A DNA stretch of 63,481 nucleotides, the filler included, from Choristocarpus tenellus KU-1152 (taxonomy: Eukaryota; Protista; Phaeophyceae): the NCBI GenBank assembly GCA_964200185.2. It is 12 parts of 12 records of this genome, joined end to end, with 100 filler letters (N's around TTAATTAATTAA, not from the genome) between each part and the next. Parts side by side here need not be neighbours in the genome. Positions count along the whole stretch, not along the records: positions 56,760 to 60,692 come from CAXNAD020017075.1; positions 60,793 to 63,481 come from CAXNAD020025630.1; 10 more parts are not named here. One strand, given 5' to 3'. Position numbers and translations under genes: made by a program. Below the pieces are notes generated by a model, which saw nothing but the letters and a program-made list of their open reading frames with translations, did no database searches and was not told the DNA's origin. Of the stretch, positions 59,483-63,481 are shown piece after piece. How positions within the stretch are numbered: position 1 is the stretch's first letter; each line of letters starts with the position of its first letter.

Positions 59483-60858
59483 AGTGTCCACATGGAATAT
59501 TGCTGTCATAGCAACCGATATTTCCAAAACATAAGAATGTGAGGAAAGAGAAGTGTGCACACATCGTCTATTGATCTCGTCTATTGTGTTAATTTTGATC
59601 ACATTGTACAAGCACTTGTGCTCTTCACACATCGGAGTGTTGATCTAAATCATTGTATAACACTTCTTAAACATCGTCAGACCACACACTCTGTTCAACC
59701 GTTAACATTGTAAACGCGTTTTCTCCTTGTTTCCCCATAATTGAATATCCCTTGTGCAAGACACAAGAAATTCTATCAGCTGATCCCATGTACCTCTCAG
59801 TTTGCATCCAGGCCGGCCAGTTTGCTGGCCCCGTGTCCTCAGACCTCAACCACGACCTAAATTATGCTGTGCTGAGCACATTCCATCAACCTCACTCGTA
59901 CGTAGGATGACTGATATGCTGATCCCATACACCCAGACCTCGTAAAACTTGATATATATGCTGACCATATAGCATCAACCTTTGGTAATGATATCCTGAT
60001 CAGATAATCGTTAATACCACGTTTGTATATTGCACTTCATTTTGTACTAGTGAAGTCATGTAATAAAATGGTGCAATAGTATACTAACAGTCACACCTGT
60101 TTCCTATTTTGTTCCAAGAACTCACCTTTTGCTTGGCCCCACATCATGCTCACAAGGCTTTGAGTCCCATCCGAAGAGGAGGTGATGTGGGAAGCAGATT
60201 TGTCCGTTGTCATATTACTGCCGTATGTGATATACCGATATACCGGTTAAGGTTCCTTTCTCAGATCTTCGGTTCAACTATGGACGATCTTTGGAAAGAC
60301 ATGTTCCGTGACTTTCCATGACGTCTATTCATGAGCACCTTTTCCTGAAAGAGACTTCCCTCGTCTCATATGATTAATTTTCTGAACCCTGTCTGAGCCG
60401 TGATCCTCCCTCACTTCCTCTGCACACTTGCACTTGTCCAACTCTAACTTCTTCCTCTTGATTACGCTTCAACTTGGTCCGTCTGATCCTTATTGACTGA
60501 TAATTCTCTTTACCACCCTTACCAGAGTGCATCACGGTGCCACAGATGATTCACACATCAATGATGAATATAGACACTACACTAGACATTATTGGCCTAC
60601 ATTCTATGCGGAATAGGGTATGCCACAATCTTAAGGTCGACAAAATTAGACACCGTCCAACCTGACTGTTACAGGCGCCCCTCAATGCTCACNNNNNNNN
60701 NNNNNNNNNNNNNNNNNNNNNNNNNNNNNNNNNNNNTTAATTAATTAANNNNNNNNNNNNNNNNNNNNNNNNNNNNNNNNNNNNNNNNNNNNATCCGGGT
60801 GTTGTGGGGGGGGGGGGTGTGCTTGTGTCGTTTCCCCGGGGGGGGGGGGGAGGGGGGG

Positions 60859-60892
<34 letters not shown>

Positions 60893-61260
60893 GTCAACTA
60901 GCTTTTAGTTCACTAGAGGTATTGCAGATGATACGCCAGCCAAAACGCCTTAACAGTTGGAGACCCCAGATAAAAAAAGAGTTCGTACATGTGTGCATAT
61001 TTTTGAAGGAAGAGGGGCTCTCGACTTTCCCCCAAGTCACTCGAGGAGATTGGTCAGCCCCTTACAAAAAAAAAAAAAGCGTCAAGAGTAGAGTTTCGGA
61101 GCAGTCCGAAACTCTACTCGATAGGGTTAGGGTTAGGGTTAATCATCGCAACCTCCAACTACCAACACCTTACCTACTGCTGAAGAGAGGCACACTTCAT
61201 TGCGGGGGCAGGGGGATTAGAAGAAAAATTTAGAAAAGCATCAACTGCCCTATACTGTCA

Positions 61261-61306
<46 letters not shown>

Positions 61307-61329
61307 ACACACACAATACACACACACAC

Positions 61330-62686
61330 CTTTAGGGTCGCATTGTGATAACGCAAGGGATTGATCACTGAGCTGATAACCGATGCGTCCGTGTCTGAGC
61401 CGCATATCTCGTCCTCTTCCTCTCCCCCTCCCCCTCCCCCAGGTAGGTCCCTCACCCACCCGATGTTGGCGCTGCCGCGACGATCCCCCCCTACCGCAGC
61501 CGACCAGCTCTCGGACCAGATGAGTTTTTGGAAGTAGCTCCTGGTCTTGCCGTTGCCCTGAACCCTTCCCTTCCCCTGAACATCTTCGAAGCTGGGTAAT
61601 GCAAACATAGCTCTGTGTAACTTCCTCGACTGCTTCTCGTCCGCGGCTTTTTTCTCCTGGTGCGGAGAGAACGGGATGAAAAACGAGACTAGAAGTGGGG
61701 ATATCACGGGATGAAAAACGGGACTATAATGGGGATATCACGGGATGAAAAACGGGACTAGAAATGGGGATATCACGGGATGAAAAACGGGACTAGAATG
61801 GGGATATCACGGGATGAAAACGGGACTAGAATGGGGATACAGAGAGGGAGTAAGGAAGTTAGGTGAAAACCATGGCACATGGAGCGCAGGGGTGTCCACC
61901 AGCACATACTGAGGTTCACATTGGAATAAGTCAGGGGTTAGGGTTCTTGTGCACTCTCACAGTGGCTACACAGTGTACGCGACCAACTCCCCTACACTTC
62001 ATTGTGTGGGCGCTTCTTGCCCTGTGACAACGCTTCTTGAGGGGTTTAGGTTCAAAAGTTGTTTTTGTTTTCAGATGTATTTTATTCACACTTTTTTTTT
62101 TTTACTATCGATGTACTGCGTGCGAGACGACTCTGGACGCTGCGTTCATTATGCTTTTGTTTTTGTTTTTGTTTTTTTGTTTTTTGTTCTTTGTTTTTTT
62201 TTTGTTTTTATCCAGATGCATTACGGACACGCACACCAAAAGCCGGCATTATCAATATTTAATTTTTAACAGACATCTCCCATGCATACATGCATACATA
62301 TACATACATATATGTATGCATTTTCTTTTCTTCAATGGGAACTTTAGTAATTTTGGTACTTTAAACTCCCTATTGCGAAAACGACGAGACGAAAATCTTC
62401 GATGCGAGCAAGAAACGGAAAACGCCCTCTACACAACACACCAAAACCCATTGCATGCACGCCTACAAGATGGGCTTATCAAGAGTGCAGCAGCACGTAC
62501 CGCCCTCCTTATGTCGATCACGCCTTCCAATGCGACCGAACTATTCTCCAGATAGTTCCTTAGGTACTGAAGGTCGTCATCGTCGGTCAAGCTGGGACTG
62601 AGTCCACCGGTGCCAAGCCGGGGCCTGTTTGCCCCCTCAGTGCCCTCTCCCTGCTCGACCTCCTCCAAGGACTTGTCATCATCATT
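61330..62686 (-). CDS. Two probable exons (62686-62501, 61656-61330) of an unknown protein
   Basis: Both phase 0 with cag acceptors and gtacgt/gtgtgt donors; they join as ...EGVIDIRRA|EKKAADEKQSRKLHRAMFALPSF...; no family recognised. Confidence 0.5.
61671..61838. repeat. About 34-bp minisatellite x5
   Basis: acgggatgaaaaacgggactagaatggggatatc variants, ending just upstream of the - strand acceptor at 61657. Confidence 0.92.
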
Positions 62687-63481
62687 CTGATTTTTTTTTT
62701 TGAACAGAAAAAAAAAGTGAGGTTAAGAAAAAAAAAAAACTGCAGAGTTATTCGAAAAGCAACACAAAAACCGTAGGGGGGTGAAAAAAAAAAAAAAGAC
62801 ATTTTAAGTCCGTTTCTTCTTTTTTTTTGTTTTTGGAAGATTTATTTTACTTCGTTTGAACACACCGGAAACATAATAAATAAATAGGGAGGAGGATAAA
62901 TTACGACAGTGAGACCACATTGACTTCTCCAAGTCCCTTGCCGTGCATTTTTTTTTTTGTAAATAAGACAATATATATATATAGATATATTTATAGATAT
63001 ATAGTTAAGATATGGAACAGCACTGCACAAACGGTGAGACGAGTGCACCAAAAGCCCTCCCTGTCAGAATGAGGCAGAGCAAGGGAGAGAGCTGTCGACA
63101 GGTTTGATGACAAAAAATATATTCATTAAGGTACCATGCCAACACGGAAGATTGGACAGCGAACACATGGCCATTTACAAAATTTCATTTCCCACTCATG
63201 CCTACGATTGCCAACACTCGAAGGAATAATAATGGTCGTTTGTTCAATGTCAAAACACCTTTAGTATTTGAACAAACATTGTGTTGTGTTTGCTCCACCT
63301 CACGGTTCTCTACTACTCCCTCCACCGTGGCTGGCATCACCAACAACAACAACAGACCCAACAACAGACCTAGAGTATCTGGGGGGGGGGGGGGGGGGGG
63401 GAAAAGCGGGGTGGTGAGTTGGCCACAAACAAGAAAAAAAGAAGAAAAAATAATAAACAAACAAAAACAAAAAAACCAAAA

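Noticed and set aside
61671-61838. CRISPR-like array of about 34-bp units
   Set aside because: Head-to-tail minisatellite without spacers.
1-63481. tRNA, rRNA or snRNA genes
   Set aside because: None recognised by eye; a tRNAscan-SE/Infernal run is needed to exclude them.

Overview
Eukaryotic nuclear DNA, not prokaryotic. It has GT-AG introns and interstitial TTAGGG runs; the gene and transposon types suggest a stramenopile, probably brown-alga lineage (inference). The window is 12 contigs joined by eleven artificial 100-bp linkers (44 N + TTAATTAATTAA + 44 N), so adjacency across a linker is unproven. Host genes I could splice by hand: a complete 7-exon ELO-family fatty-acid elongase (11752-15830, -), a PC4/SUB1-domain gene (19484-20038, -) head-to-head with an ELMOD3-like gene (20148-23868, +, 3'-truncated), and a 5-exon fragment of an atypical non-RD protein kinase (38168-43020, -). 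Most of the rest is transposon-derived. Two related MITE families (about 10 and 13 pieces) share a TIR core and nest inside each other; family A makes 3-bp TSDs. There are also relics of Harbinger, mariner, CRE-like non-LTR and Ty3 elements, a long inverted duplication and many minisatellites. The best candidate for an undescribed system is a two-copy, intron-containing Sola/DUF7869-like transposase gene with a divergently oriented ParB/Sulfiredoxin-domain ORF (DGNHR motif) 740 bp away. All family assignments come from motif recognition by eye; no database search was run.
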